Positions 35,891-49,870 are shown, numbered from the stretch's first letter. The stretch is 50,811 bases of DNA from Octopus bimaculoides (GCF_001194135.2 NC_068999.1:25119636-25170446); one strand, 5' to 3'. Numbers and translations are program-made. Notes: generated from the sequence alone by a model not told the origin.

Positions 35891-37690
35891 AGTTGATCAA
35901 TAGCCAAAATTAATTTTGAAAAAATAATAAATTGGACACTCAAATAGGATATAGTCGTAGTGTCTGCTTCCGCTTTGACGGCAAACATTCCATTAAGGTG
36001 TCTGAAATCAACCAGAAAAGTGAATCTAGATACGGATGTCCTTTCTTTTTTTTTCTTTTTTTTATTAATTACCGTTTTCAGCAGGCTGCGCAGTAACGGG
36101 TATAAGGGAAGTAATAGTGTGTCTGTATGGAGAGTGAGACGGGAGGTGGGGGGGGGGAAGAAAGAGAGGATGTAAAGAATACTATCAAGTTATTCTTAAG
36201 AATTTGTAGTAAAGATCTTTCACAGAAGGACGAAATAAACATTTTTTTAAAAGACCTTTTAAAAAGTAAAATAAAATGTACACTTAAAAAACTTTCGATG
36301 CGAAAATGGCATAACGATGAGATATTGGACAACCAGTATTAGAACCGTAGATCAGATGAGTTATTCTGTGTATTCCTGGGGAGGACAGATACTTCAGCTC
36401 ATATGAAGAATATGTAACTACAGCTTATGAAAAATTTAGTTGCCAAGGCTGGTGCCCAAGCCCAAACAGGTTTTAGATCTTGCGTGTTTAATGGTATTAG
36501 AGTTATTATTTTGTGCAAGAAATATGCAACTGATAGAACTATTAAAAATCATCTTTATTTGGTTATTTCTTTTCAAGTTGCTTTGGATTTTGTGAAAATA
36601 TATTTTGGGAAAATATATTTGATGGTAAAAATAGTAGCTATGTAATGAATCATCTTTCACGCCAAAAAGTATAAAATATTAAAGCTCTTAAAGAGGGTTG
36701 AAATTTGATTATTTAAAAGAAACATTTATGTAAGCAATCTAGAAAATCTAAGTCTAGGGCGCTTTTACATTTACCTACGGCTACATTTTTAAAATCAAAA
36801 GAAGTTTGATATTATCTGGGATAGTCAACGAAATTAACAGAGAAACATTAACTCGTAACTGCATATAATTATCACTAGTTTCAAAGTTTACAAATAAACT
36901 TCTAAGTATTGGGGTCACAAGAGAGAATCCGCCATCTTTACTTTAGAAGTACATCATCCAGCTGCTTTATTACTAAGATGCAGTCTTACAAGAAAACTAG
37001 TAACTAAACAACTACGTCCGGTCTGCGTTATTGTTTATACATATCACCCTCTACCGCGACGTCAAAAAATTTCGACTCACCGCAGCTGAATTCAGCATTT
37101 ATACCGAAATGTTGCTTGGAATAGTTGTTTATCGAAAGTATAAAAATGTAAAACAGGAAGGAATAAACAAATTTCTCGTTTGAAATATAAAAAGAAAGTT
37201 ACAGAAATATTTCTTACTTAAATCCATCACGATGGAATATTTTGCGGTTAGCTACTAGACTCAAAACAGATGTTTTGTGAGCATTATTTTGTTGAAAACT
37301 ATTTTAAGAGTAATTATCAAAAAATCTCAAGAACAAACTAATGGCGGGGAGAATAAAAGATCGAAAGCAGGTTAATTAAAAGATTTGGTAATTCCGAGCT
37401 CCGGCGTTTTAAGACCAGATGTATATCAGTAATTCAATAACTAATTAATTAATTATATGAGCGTATAAACTATTTAGTTCCATCTATTTATATATATTTA
37501 AAACGCATACGCATGCATGTATGTGCATATACAGACATATTTTATTAAAATATATCCGGTGTGCACAAAGATTCGTCTGCGTTTTCTTCGTAAGATATGA
37601 ATGATGGTCTTGAATATATACAAGCATATTCTGAGAACCCAGGAAATCTCCGATACGATGGAATCTTTGCCGTGTATGTATGTATGTGTG

Positions 37691-37803
37691 TCATTATTTA
37701 GTTTTTATTACAAGATTTCATGCCAATAGAGAAAGGGCCGTTTTCTAACCTAGATCCCAGGCTCCTTCATTGGAATTTCAACTTCAAGAGGGTATGTATG
37801 TAC

Positions 37804-37834
<31 letters not shown>

Positions 37835-38117
37835 TGCATGCATGTTGACATGTGTGTGTGTATATGTGTAGATTTGTAAGTTTGTTTTATGTACATATTC
37901 TCATGCATATAGCTGCATGTCTAGATATACACATATATACTTAAATGATAAACTTATGGAAAGTTTTACAGATTTTTATAGTTCCAGTGATGGCTTGGAT
38001 TTTTGAGGTCATTGAATCAGCTTTCTCCTTTCTTGCTTTGAGAAGCCTCATTTTTCAAGATTGGTTCTTAAGCAGTGTGTTACATATTCCAGTGCCACAA
38101 TAATTACAGGTATAAAC
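37691..38117 (-). mobile_element. 3' end of the same R4/Dong-like element, copy 2 (opposite orientation)
   Basis: FIPVIIVALEYVTHCLRTNLEK*GFSKQERRKLI..AITGTIKICKTF, plus the same 3' UTR (gaaattccaatgaaggagcc..ggatctaggttagaaa). Confidence 0.6.
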
Positions 38118-38307
38118 ATGTATGTATGTATGTATGTATGTATGTATGTATGTGTGTATGTATGTATGTATGTATGTATGTGTGTGTGTGTATGTATGTA
38201 TGGATGGATGGATGGATGTGTGTATGTGTGTATGGATGTACGTACGTATGTATTTACGTATGTATGTACGTATGTGTGTGTGCGTGCGTGTGTATGCATG
38301 AATGTAT

Positions 38308-38488
38308 ATGCGCAGATGTGGGAGGGTAGTAAGAACTTTGCTTCTCAGTCACATGTTTCAGAGTTCAGTTCGACTGCGGGATATATTGGGCAGTTGTTTT
38401 CTACTGTGACCTCGGGCTGACTAGAGCACTGTGAGTGGGTTTGGTAGATGGAAACTGAAAGAAGCCCGTCGTATGTGTGTGTGTGTGC

Positions 38489-38527
<39 letters not shown>
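38308..38527 (+). mobile_element. SINE family A, 5' half running into a gap
   Basis: ...tggtagatggaaactgaaagaagcccgtcgtatgtgtg then N. Confidence 0.75.
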
Positions 38528-39372
38528 NNNNNNNNNNNNNNNNNNNNNNNNNNNNNNNNNNNNNNNNNNNNNNNNNNNNNNNNNNNNNNNNNNNNNNNNN
38601 NNNNNNNNNNNNNNNNNNNNNNNNNNNNNNNNNNNNNNNNNNNNNNNNNNNNNNNNNNNNNNNNNNNNNNNNNNNNNNNNNNNNNNNNNNNNNNNNNNNN
38701 NNNNNNNNNNNNNNNNNNNNNNNNNNNNNNNNNNNNNNNNNNNNNNNNNNNNNNNNNNNNNNNNNNNNNNNNNNNNNNNNNNNNNNNNNNNNNAATATAT
38801 AAATAATATATATATGCATATATACATACGTATATGCACATACTTACATATAGACGTATATACATATGCATATATGGCCACAGGTCATCACGGAACGTAA
38901 ACAACATAAAAAACGAAAACAAGAGATATAAAATACGAATACATGGACTATGAACTTTTTTTCTAGCAACGAAAGAAACAAATGGAAAACAAGACAAGTA
39001 ACATAACGAACGACCCTTCATCAGTTGTTGGCTGTTTTTCTAATCAGTATTTCGAGCAATTCAACGACAAGATACGCCTTCAATAAAACAGTTGTTCCCG
39101 CAAAGCAAATTAAATAAAATTTAGGATTTTGTGGAGGGTCAAAATTGCTAACAAAAACAGGACAGTGAAAACAAACAGGAAGGGCTGTTAAGCCTGAACG
39201 AGGTGAGGTGATGAACGCGAAGAAGCAAGCTTAGACAAGAGACAGACAAGAATACGTCTGATTCGTCCAGCTGAATCACAAAGAAAGAAAGAAACACAAG
39301 TTAGGAAAAGAAAGAAAGATGACCGATGGTCACGTGGGAGCCACGAGAGAGCAAAGGAGGAAGAGAGAGAGA

Positions 39373-39426
<54 letters not shown>

Positions 39427-39586
39427 CAGACAGAGAATGGCGAAATGGAAGGGAAAAAATTAGAGAAAGGACAAGAGAGAAAAAACGAGAGGGGAGAAGG
39501 GGAGATAAAAAGAATTAGAGAAAGGAAGAGAGAAAAAAGGGGAGAAAAACGAAAGAGTAATAGAAAAATAGAATAGAATAGAATAG

Positions 39587-39628
<42 letters not shown>

Positions 39629-40284
39629 AATATGGAACAAAAACGCAATGGAGTACAATAAAACATTCGGACAGATAGACGATACAAGGCGGACATGAGA
39701 AACAGCAATTAGAAAGACAGGCAAAAAAAGGCGGGTCATTCATGGCCTTCTTTCTTCGGTCAAGTTCCAGAAGTCACAACCGTTTCGGGCAGTTACACTT
39801 GAAACGGTTCGATCTGCTTGCCCCCAAAAAGGTCTAAGCCAAGAACAATAGACCCCTTTGCAAGAAAGCTAGCGAATGTGTACGGCAACAAAGACAAAAA
39901 ACGGAGAACATGGTACACAAAAAGACGAAAAATGGAGAACATGGTACACAATTACGAATACAAACAACAAGAAAATAACAACAGGTGTCTTTTGACAGGA
40001 AGAAAAAGGGAGCAAGAGAATTTCGATTATCTCCACGTGGTGAGTTGTAATGCAAAAAAATATATAAAATAAAAGAAGGAAAATGCACCCAGTTTACATA
40101 GTTTTAATATATTTTAAAAATTTATTTTATAAGCGAAAGAATATTGTGTCTGTCTGTTGCAGAGAGAGTTTTCTTGTTGATAAATTAATTACTTTGTGTC
40201 CCTGTGTATTATTCGGGACAGGGGAGGTAATTGCTCAATTTGGGGAGAGGGGGTAAATAAATATACAAAAACTCAAAAGTTAAA

Positions 40285-41110
40285 GTAGTGAGTTCCTTCG
40301 ATATTATTAATCTTTACACCAATATCCCACAAGACTATGGAATAGAAGCAATAAAATTCTGGCTGGAAAAGTATCCCGAAGAACTTTCGGAACGCATAAA
40401 ACAAGTTTTTATTATTGAAACACTAAAATTTATACTTCAGAACAATTATTTCCTATTTTACGGCACCTACTATCGTCAAAAATGCGAAATTGCGATGGGA
40501 ACGAAAGTAGCTCCTGGTCTTGTGAACCTAATAATGGGATATCTTGAATTCACCATATATGAAGTGTCACTGCAAAAATATGGACATCCATTTCACCATT
40601 ATATAAGGAAAAACTGGAAAAGGTATCTGGACGGCTGCTTTATCATTTGGAATGAGACCATTGATAAGGTTTTGGAATTTAAAACAATACTAAATAATAT
40701 AAACCCTAACAATGGAATATAGCAAAGAACAGCTCCCTTTCTTAGATACAATGATAAAACAAATCAACAACCAAATTAGGCCAACGGACTCAAAACAATA
40801 TCTTCTGTTTAGCATACGCCACCCGAAACATATCAAAAGGAATATCCCCTTTAATTTAGCAAAAAGGATTTGCATAATAGTGTCTAATGGAAATACCCGG
40901 GACCTCCGACTTCTACACCTCGAAACAACACAAACTGAGAGACAATATCCATCCTCACTTATAGACGATGGAATTTGAGCGTACCAAGGAATTAGGCATT
41001 AAAACACTAAGGGAAACATATCTCTAAACACAACCATATATATCAGCGCACAACCCTAGAAACAATGAGGTATATAACACTGAGGAATACAACAATGAGA
41101 CATACTACTA
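40285..41110 (+). mobile_element. PLE reverse transcriptase relic
   Basis: SFDIINLYTNIPQ, FILQNNYFLFYGTYYRQ..IAMGTKVAP..NLIMGYLE, WKRYLDGCFIIW (YLDD mutated), LPFLDTMI, PTDSKQYL and HPKHIKRNIPFNLAKRIC. Frameshift near 40715. Confidence 0.92.
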
Positions 41111-41317
41111 TATAGGATGGACAAGTATGGCACTTAGACGGAGAACCACACTACCTAAGGAACAGATCCGTTCACCACAGTACATGTAGATTCCTTTGGG
41201 TGAACACATAGAGAGATGTGCAGGTAATATCCAACCAAACGTCACAGTTTTCCCCATCTACCAGTGCAAAGAAACAATTTTTTTTTCTCCGTGTTTTTCT
41301 CCTTGTTTTCTCCGTAT

Positions 41318-41354
41318 TCTTTCTGTTGAAGAGCGTAGCTCGAAACGTTAAAGA
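41318..41354 (+). ncRNA. Hammerhead-like motif with variant core, downstream of the PLE RT relic
   Basis: TCTTT-CTGTTGA-A-GAGC-GTA-GCTC-GAAAC-GTT-AAAGA. Stems I and II are perfect; core position 6 is T instead of A. Confidence 0.55.
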
Positions 41355-41442
41355 CTTTCTGTATTCCTGAGCGTCAAACTAATACATCCTTTTGTTGTTT
41401 ACACCACCTGTCCTCGTCTGTTGTTTTTTTTCGTACATTCTC

Positions 41443-41474
<32 letters not shown>

Positions 41475-41654
41475 CAAAGTAAAGTTATAAGATACCGCAC
41501 GAGTGGAAATATATATGAAAGAAGGTATGAAAATGCAATTTTAAAGATGTTTATTCACTTGACCGGTTTCACTTTTTTAGAAAAAGATTGCCAAAAGTAT
41601 AAGCTTTGTTGTGTTAAGAACTGGTTGTCACAAAAGTATTAAAATACATATATA

Positions 41655-42052
41655 CATTCTTTATTCATTTATTCTTTTATTTGTTTCAGTCATTTGACTG
41701 CGGCCATACTGGAGCACCGCCTTTGGTCGAGCAAATCGATCCGGGACTTTGTAAGCCTAGTACTTATTCTCTCGGTGTCTTTTGCCGAACCGCTAAGTGA
41801 CGGGAACATAAACACACCTGCATCGGTTGTCAAGCAATGCTAGGGGGACAAACACAGACACACAAACATACACACACACATATATATACATATATACGAC
41901 GGGCTTCTTTCAGTTTCCGTCTACCAAATCCACTCACAAGGCTTTGGTCAGCCCGAGGCTATAGTAGAAGACACTTGCCCAAGATGCCACGCAGTGGGAC
42001 TGAACCCGGAACCATGTGGTTGGTAAGCAAGCTACTTATCATACAGCCACTC
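41655..42052 (-). mobile_element. SINE family A, full-length, apparently young copy
   Basis: Little divergence from the shared blocks: ...gggactgaacccggaaccatgtggttggtaagcaagctacttatcatacagccactc. Confidence 0.9.
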
Positions 42053-44459
42053 TTGAAAATGTTTAGAACAGTTTACAAGAAAGTATTTAAGAAAGTATTC
42101 AACAAAAAGTATTAGGAGTTCAATAAAAAATNNNNNNNNNNNNNNNNNNNNNNNNNNNNNNNNNNNNNNNNNNNNNNNNNNNNNNNNNNNNNNNNNNNNN
42201 NNNNNNNNNNNNNNNNNNNNNNNNNNNNNNNNNNNNNNNNNNNNNNNNNNNNNNNNNNNNNNNNNNNNNNNNNNNNNNNNNNNNNNNNNNNNNNATATAT
42301 ATATATATATACACACACAGAAGGAGATATGTTTAAGAATTTACATAAAATTAGAGAGGAACCGACATGTCTTTTTGACATTTTTTCTGTCTTGCGTTTG
42401 CTAAGGGACAATGTGGGAGATTGGTTGGGGGTGGGGGGACGGAAGAGCAATGTAGAATTAAAAGGATTTTATCGTGTTTTTAAATATGAAATGTGGATTT
42501 TTCCTGAATATAAACATATTTTATTAAACGTTAAAGAAGGTTCACCGAATTACAATGGACCAAGAGAAATGTTCAAGGAAAATGAAAGGCTAAAATTCTC
42601 TTACAAATGAAATTTGTAGTGTTTTATCACTGTGGTTATCCACAATCTGTAACATTAGTGGTTGCTTGTGGTAATGTTTTGTGGACACACATAGTAATGT
42701 GTGTTATTTGTGTGCAAGCATCATACATGTTCGTGACAAAAGAAATTCAGTTGGTGAAATTTTGAGAAAGCTAGTGAAGATGGAGTTCTCAAAAGAATTT
42801 TACAGATATGCCGACAGTTCCTATCGATGAACTACAAGTTCGGGCTTCAAATCTGACCAGTTCTCCTGCTTCATTACTTCCTCTGCAGAGAGTCTACTGT
42901 GGTTACAAGGGTAGTCTTGCTCGTAAACCGACAGGAAACGAGCTGGCCAATATGGTGGTACATAGCTACTGTGTGCAAACGAAGACGATGAGTGGAATGA
43001 GATGCACTGAAGAAAGTGACAAAAAAGAACTTTATATCTTTCGCAACCAGCCCCAGCATGGCCGCAGTCCAGCGATTGAAACAAGTGAAAAATAAAAGAT
43101 ATTGAGGTCCTATAAATGAAAAGTTTCAAAACGACCGGATGGAATAGCGTAGGAGGTGCAGCTTGTATTCCAGATGGAGGTGCCAGCCAAAGATGATGGT
43201 TGGTTTGAGAAGTCTTGTTGAGATAAGCAATATAGGGAATTGAATAGTCAGGACTACAGAACTACCGATATGTAACGTGTGCAAGTTCCCCCAAAAAGTG
43301 ATAATTATGCTATTAGTTGCATTTGACAGAAGTGATATTAAGAATTTGACCTTAATAGTAAAATAGACTTTGGAGTAAAAAAAAAAAATCACTGATGTAA
43401 GTCCAGACATGTAGAGCGGTTTGCAAGTATACGTGTTGTATCATTATTAGAGCCTATAAAGAAAATGTAGTATAAGAAAAACACAAGTGTAGTACCTCAA
43501 GAAAATTGCAGCATTCATACTAAAGAATGGATAGTGAAAACCTAGTTGAGTTGCAAGATAACTAATAAAACTGGGTAAAAAAAAAATGGTAAGTCGTGGT
43601 AAAAGGACCGAGATAACATTAAACCAGTGCCGAATACAGGCCAGAAAGGCATGGAAGTGCATCGGATACTCGTGAGATTTGTGAAATGTATACACCAACT
43701 GAAAATGAAGTATGCAGGAAGTGAAAAAGTGGAATGAAGAAGAGGCATTAGTATCTTGCTGCTACGTATTCCACAATTGCAAAGTTGCAGGGTAAAGAGC
43801 AAAACATGTCGGATAATGTAATCCGTATGTGTTTGTATGCATATAAATTTGTATGTGGATGTGTGCGCAAAACAAAGTAAAAATCAAATATCAACCATGT
43901 TCTAAAATAAGTCGAAAGGTAAGCTACTATAAATCGGCACGAACTTTCCGCACAACTCAATATGTTAGACTCGTAACAATACAATGTTGTGTGTAGCGTG
44001 TACTAGTTTAACTTCTTCAGAGAGTAACGATCTTGCATGTTGTGTGTTCTATGTTTAGTTTGCTCTGGCTGACAGCATCCAGTAAGGGATTCTGTGTCCA
44101 GGTTTATGGGGTAGGTTTTTAGCAGCAAGACGGTGAATATGGCAGTAATAATTGAGGACAAATTGACAATTCAGTGATGTCATCAACAATCGTAGAACAC
44201 TAAGAAGCGACCCTCCAAAGTCTGAAATTTTGGTAATACAAGTTCAGTGGTCTACTGCAAGCAGGTGGAGGAATGAAGTGACTCTAGTTTCAAAATAGTT
44301 GCTTTTGTCGCCGGAGAATTGTTTGCTACGGGTCAAGCAACGGCTTTCAGAGAATATTTGTTTTGATGTTGGATTATGGTAGTAGTGTTCTTGGCATATT
44401 ATGGTTTAGCCAGATGGAGAAAAATGGTTCCATTCCCGTACAACACCTCACCCCTTTCC

Positions 44460-44462
<3 letters not shown>

Positions 44463-44530
<68 letters not shown>
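44463..44530. repeat. (CA)n microsatellite
   Basis: Directly visible. Confidence 0.98.
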
Positions 44531-44532
<2 letters not shown>

Positions 44533-44587
44533 TAATCCAGAAGAAGGAGAATTTATATATTATTTTGGTAATATTACTTTGTAATTT

Positions 44588-44790
44588 AAGGTAGTGTGCT
44601 GACAGAACCGTTAGTGCAACGGGCTAAATGCTTAGCGAGATTTCATCCGATTTTACGTTCTGGATTCAAATGTCGCTGCGGTCGACTTTGCCTTTCATTC
44701 TTTCGGGGTCAATAAAATAAGTACCAGTTGAACCCTGGACTTATCATCTCGCTCGACACTGCTGGCCTTGTGTCAAAATTTGAAAGAAAT
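44588..44790 (+). mobile_element. SINE family B
   Basis: gctgacagaaccgttag...gtcgactttgcctttcattctttcggggtcaataaaataagtaccagttg. Confidence 0.8.
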
Positions 44791-45039
44791 ATTACTTTGT
44801 AACTTAGAATATTACTTTGTATTTGGTTGTCAGAAGTACGTTACGTAGCCTGCAGATATTGAGAATATTTTTATTTTGATGTTTTTGTAATAATATTCTA
44901 TTAGTTTGTGGTTAGGTGTGATACATGTAGTGTTTTTTAAGCGTTTGTTAGTGATATATTCATCTTCTTTAATTATGATGCATTTTGTTCACGAAGTATA
45001 TGATATGTGTGATGCGCATGTTTTTACTTGTATCTATTG

Positions 45040-45810
45040 TGCGAGTTGCAGTCCAGAAGTTTTGAAACTGTTTTTTTTTTTTAGGAGACCAGTTATACCT
45101 TTCCTAGATTACTGTAATTTTGGTATGTCATTACTGCATATTTAATAAGCTCACCTGACAGCTTTTGTTATTCCAGATTGAAGAAGACGGCTGTAACAGT
45201 ACTTTGAACTCACTGCTTTGTTACAGTTGATTAGTTTGCAGAATGGAGGTGAGACGTGAAGACAATTTGGAAGCTTGCTATTCAATAAAGTTTTGTGTTA
45301 GACTTGGCAAAAACACTACAGAAACTCATGCAACACCCCAGTCTGCTTATGAATCAACTTGTATGATTTTTTTTACTGACACAAAAGACCAGGCAAGGGC
45401 ATCATCTACTTCCACTGGGGTGACTCTGGCCAGACAGTCAACCGAAAGTACTTTGTGGTGGTATTGGGGTAATTCAGGAAGATATTTCGTCGCAAAAGCC
45501 AGAACACCTGCATCAGGACAACACATCAATCCACAATTCTATCTTCGTAACCAACTACTTGACAGACCCTCCCTACAGTCCAGACCTTGCTAACCGTAAC
45601 TTTTGGTTGTCCCTCAAGCTGAAAGAGAAGGCGAAGAAGGTTGTGACAAGAGTCCTTTACACCTTCACTTTGAAGGAGTTCCACGAGGCCTTTACGAAAT
45701 GGTTGGAGTGTTACAACGATCGCACTAAAGTCAGAGGGTCCTACCTTAAAAGAGTTTAGTTTTGTACTTCTTTGAAAAAGTCTCGAAATTTCTGAAGTGT
45801 GCTTTGCATC
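45040..45810 (+). mobile_element. Internally deleted mariner relic of a different subfamily
   Basis: IKFCVRLGKNTTET N-terminus, PPYSPDLA..NFWL..KLK motif and FHEAFTKWLECYN C-terminus. Degenerate TIRs near 45040 and 45810. Confidence 0.8.
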
Positions 45811-46299
45811 TATGTGAGCGGGTTTCTCCTTGTATTATTCTACAGCTTGGTTTCATATTTAATTCGGTTACTTACAATTAACTAATATGTTTTTAAACTC
45901 TTAAGATTTACATATTTAAAGCTTCTTTGGTGAATAAAAATTTAACAACTCATCTCAAAAAGTTTTTAACTGCAGAATCACATATCTCTGAGGACATTCA
46001 CTGTCATGTATACATTTAGATATTCGATGGTATTTTTCGCGAATATATGGTGTGATATATAAATTGTTCCGTATTCCTACGTTTATATCTCACGACGAAA
46101 TTGCCTCTGTTCGACAGACCACAGTCTCTGTACGAGATTGTATTCTGAATTCTAAAAATATGTTGAATTCTTTACATAGAAATGGAATTATTTTCGTAGT
46201 CTTTTTAAATCTTATTCCTATTCATAGACACATTCCATTCTCATATATTTCCTTCCATTGCTCTCATACTCTGGCAGTGTAACATTTTTCCAGTCCTGA

Positions 46300-47060
46300 C
46301 AGACAAGCTATTCCTGTAAAACATCACCTAGTAGGCGACAAATGTTACCAGCTAGATTATCATTTCCATACAGAAGAATTTCTGAGTGGTCTCCAATGCC
46401 AATTCTCGTCTGCTTGATAACCTACATTTCTTCCAATGTTGGTGCATGTAACATCTCTTTGAAGAAATGATTTGGTAATATCCTCATTTGCAATGGAGGG
46501 ATTTCTGAAAAGTCCGTGAAGTGTTCAGTCAAGGATCTCGTAATATCAGTCGTGTGTCATATGGACTTTGATCCTTCTTTATTATCCATGAGTGAATTTT
46601 AAGGCACATTTCATCGGGGTCATACAGGCAACCAATATCCTTATCCGCCGCTACTTGAATTTCCACAAGTTTTCTGCCCACCAGCTATTCATCGTAAGTC
46701 TAAAGTTATGCTGCTTGATAACTTTCACAGAAGTGAACTGTACTTTCCGTACATATTTCTGAATCACAAAAATATATAATTGTAAGAGTTTAGAAAGCAT
46801 TTTCCTTTAACTGCCCCAAGTTCAACATCATTATTATCGAAACCAGATCTAATGGCTTCGCTTCTTATAACTAAAAATCGTTGAAGCAATATCGTAGAAC
46901 ATTTCCTTAAAATCCCTTCATGTGCCATCCATTTCCAAATTTTCATTTAGTTCATTAGCAAATTTTCCAACTCTGAGCTTGGTTGCATCAATGTTTTCGA
47001 ACACTTAATAACTCGTTCAGATTTCTTGTCTGAGAACAAACTCAAACTTTGTTAAAATCA
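46300..47060 (-). mobile_element. Highly decayed RTE-clade LINE fragment (endonuclease-RT linker)
   Basis: Manual translation gives TDHHMILTKF, YKKRSH..WFDNND, MNSWWAENLVEIQVAAD, LTEHF and APTLEE, resembling the RTE motifs SDH / KHQDWFDEND / WW..KA.EIQ..AD / RW.EHF / PT..EV. Confidence 0.6.
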
Positions 47061-47708
47061 TATGATGGTCTGTTGTCATTCTATACATCTATACGCACTA
47101 TACATACATCTTATATATCATGGTGACGCACAATTACAAAGTGAAACGAGTACCAGTTCTTAGATCTTCATTGCGTCCAAAGTATTTTGTGCATCGATCT
47201 CAGATGAAAGAATGTATTTCTTATGACCAGGTTCTGCTCTGTGAATAGTTGGAGAAATTCGAATTCCTATTTTCTAGCATAAAGGCCCTAAAGAAGATCA
47301 AGTGCCATGATCAGTTTCCTCCTGTCAGGAATTGCAGTCATATATACAAAACAAAAATTGCAAGAAGTACTAATGCATCCAACTTTAATAGCGACATACG
47401 TTTGCGCAACACGAGAATACGCTCTGCATGTTTCAAGCTGTTAATTATCAATCATTACATACACCGCTGGTTCTGCATCAGGGTCCCCCTTTCCCCCATA
47501 TGCACTTACACACAGAAACGAATACATATATATATATATGTATATATACATAAACTATTGGATGGCCGTTGACTATCTTGACTTCCGTCGTTCTTTGACA
47601 GATATTGTTTTTAAAGCCGCAGGGTGTCCAAAAATCGCTAACAACCCAACCCAGCCTGTGGGGTTGCCGGTTTAGTCACCGACGGCTGGGTATTCGGTTG
47701 TACTGGTT

Positions 47709-47786
<78 letters not shown>

Positions 47787-48302
47787 AATGCATACGTACA
47801 TACATACATACATACATACACACATACATACATACATAAAGTAAACCCAAATGGCGTTTGATATTTATGACTCGACTATACACACTGAAACTTAGAAAAA
47901 AGCATATGGGTATAGGTGTCATGGAGTGTAGAGAAGGGAAGATGATAGCGGAATAATATGTATGCATGCATGTATGAAGAGCAGTAACGATCCTGTACAA
48001 GAAGTCTTAGAATAAAGTTGACATCAGAGCACTAACTGCCAGTGGAGTGCATCACAATGAACAGTTGGGAAACTAGTAGCACGGAAACTATCGAGGAGCA
48101 CATATGGCATGCTTAAGCTACAAAAAGATTTCAGTGGGATAAAACACATATTAAGTCACATGTCTTAAGAAACAATTAATTCAATTAATGGATAATAATT
48201 TGTGATGATGTGTTAACACCAAGCAGATCAAAGAAAGCTTTGATTTAGTTTGGCACGTCAAGGTCTAGTGTTGGTGATAAAAGGTAGTTAAATGGGTGAA
48301 AA

Positions 48303-48351
<49 letters not shown>

Positions 48352-48361
48352 TATGTATTGA

Positions 48362-48395
<34 letters not shown>

Positions 48396-48732
48396 TCAGT
48401 GTGTGAGTCTATGTATGTATACAGAGAAAGAAATGGAGAGGGAGAGGGAGAGGGTGGGAGAGAGAGAAGGAAAATGAGAGGAGAGAACATTTGGACAAGG
48501 AGAGAGAATAAAAATATGAGACTTTCAAAATACAAAAACAAAATTTTTTCAGGAGACAAAATATACATCAACAAACCACGAGTTGTATATAAATAATTAA
48601 TTTAATTAATAGTGATTAATTGTTGAGGATGGGAAGAAACGAAGATGATCAAAGAAAGATTTTATTTTAGATTGGCATCCCTAGATTTGCTCTAGGTGAA
48701 AGCCAGTAGAGGAATAGCGAGGAGAACGAGAA

Positions 48733-48734
<2 letters not shown>

Positions 48735-48808
<74 letters not shown>

Positions 48809-48818
48809 GAGAGAGAGA
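48735..48818. repeat. (GA)n microsatellite
   Basis: Directly visible. Confidence 0.98.
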
Positions 48819-48995
48819 GGGTGGAGAGAGAAAAAGTTAAACAGGGAGAGGCACAAAGGAAAGTTTTAAGACAATCATGGAACGGACGCAGTGACATTTT
48901 TGAACTACGAAAAGGTTTCGGTAGAACAAAAATACGAATCAACAAGTCATATATTTTATATAATACATACCCATGCATGCATGCATATATACATT

Positions 48996-49038
<43 letters not shown>

Positions 49039-49045
49039 AGAAATG

Positions 49046-49089
<44 letters not shown>

Positions 49090-49300
49090 AAAGAAGTGCA
49101 TTCACACGCAGGAAAGGATATAGGAGGGGGGTTGGGGTGGGGTTGAAAATGCACCTAAGATTTTACAAAATTTAAAAACTACTACACGTTTTAAGACTCA
49201 GATGCATTTTCCACCCCCCAAAACCAATACGTACGTACATACATACATACATACATACATACATACATACATACATAAATACATACATACATACATACAT

Positions 49301-49870
49301 GGAAATTAGCTACCCAGCAGATGTTAACATAATGCTGAAGATCAGTAAAAGAAAGAGAACACCTATGCTGAACTATTGAGAAATCTGCAGTTACTTTATC
49401 CAGATTAAAAGTACAAATTTAAACCTGTAATTGGGGGAATGAGATATGTAACACACTACCTAAATATCAATCATGAGAAATTAGGCTTCTCAAAACCAGA
49501 AAGGAGAAAGCTAATTCGAAGACTACAGATTCAATCCATCACTGGACCTGTAAAAATCTGTAAAACTTTCCAGTTCATCATTTAAATATATATGAGCATT
49601 TCTAGATATGCAACTATATGCATGAGAATACATATATAAAACATACAAATCTGCACATACATACATACATACATACATACATACATAGATACATACATAC
49701 ATATTTACATACATACATGCATGCATACATACATACATACATACATACATACATACAGACAAAAATACCCTGTTGTTGATGTTGAAATTCCAATGAAGGA
49801 GCCTTGGATCTAGGTTAGAAACCGGCTCTTTCTCTATTGACAAGAAATTTTGAAATAAACTGATTAATGA
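49301..49870 (+). mobile_element. 3' end of an R4/Dong-like (RLE-type) non-LTR retrotransposon, copy 1
   Basis: Broken frame EISYPADVNIMLKIS..KENTYAELLRNLQLLYPD*KYKFKPVIGGMRYVTHYLN..EKLGFS..RKLIRRLQIQSITGPVKICKTF*, then a 3' UTR with an internal (TACA)n. Confidence 0.6.

Larger units (their letters stand above)
5255..42294. other. Seven assembly gaps: 5255-5264, 7080-7466, 11606-11665, 32255-32658, 34123-34564, 38528-38793, 42132-42294
   Basis: N runs, each abutting a (TA)n or (GT)n tract on at least one side. Confidence 0.99.

Noticed and set aside
47249-47572. 107-aa plus-strand ORF
   Set aside because: Non-ATG start, no recognisable motif, and it ends in (TA)n-derived sequence.
47640-47695. 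CCCAGCC...GGCTGGG hairpin as a structured ncRNA
   Set aside because: The stem is short and isolated, with no family features; compatible with chance or a repeat end.
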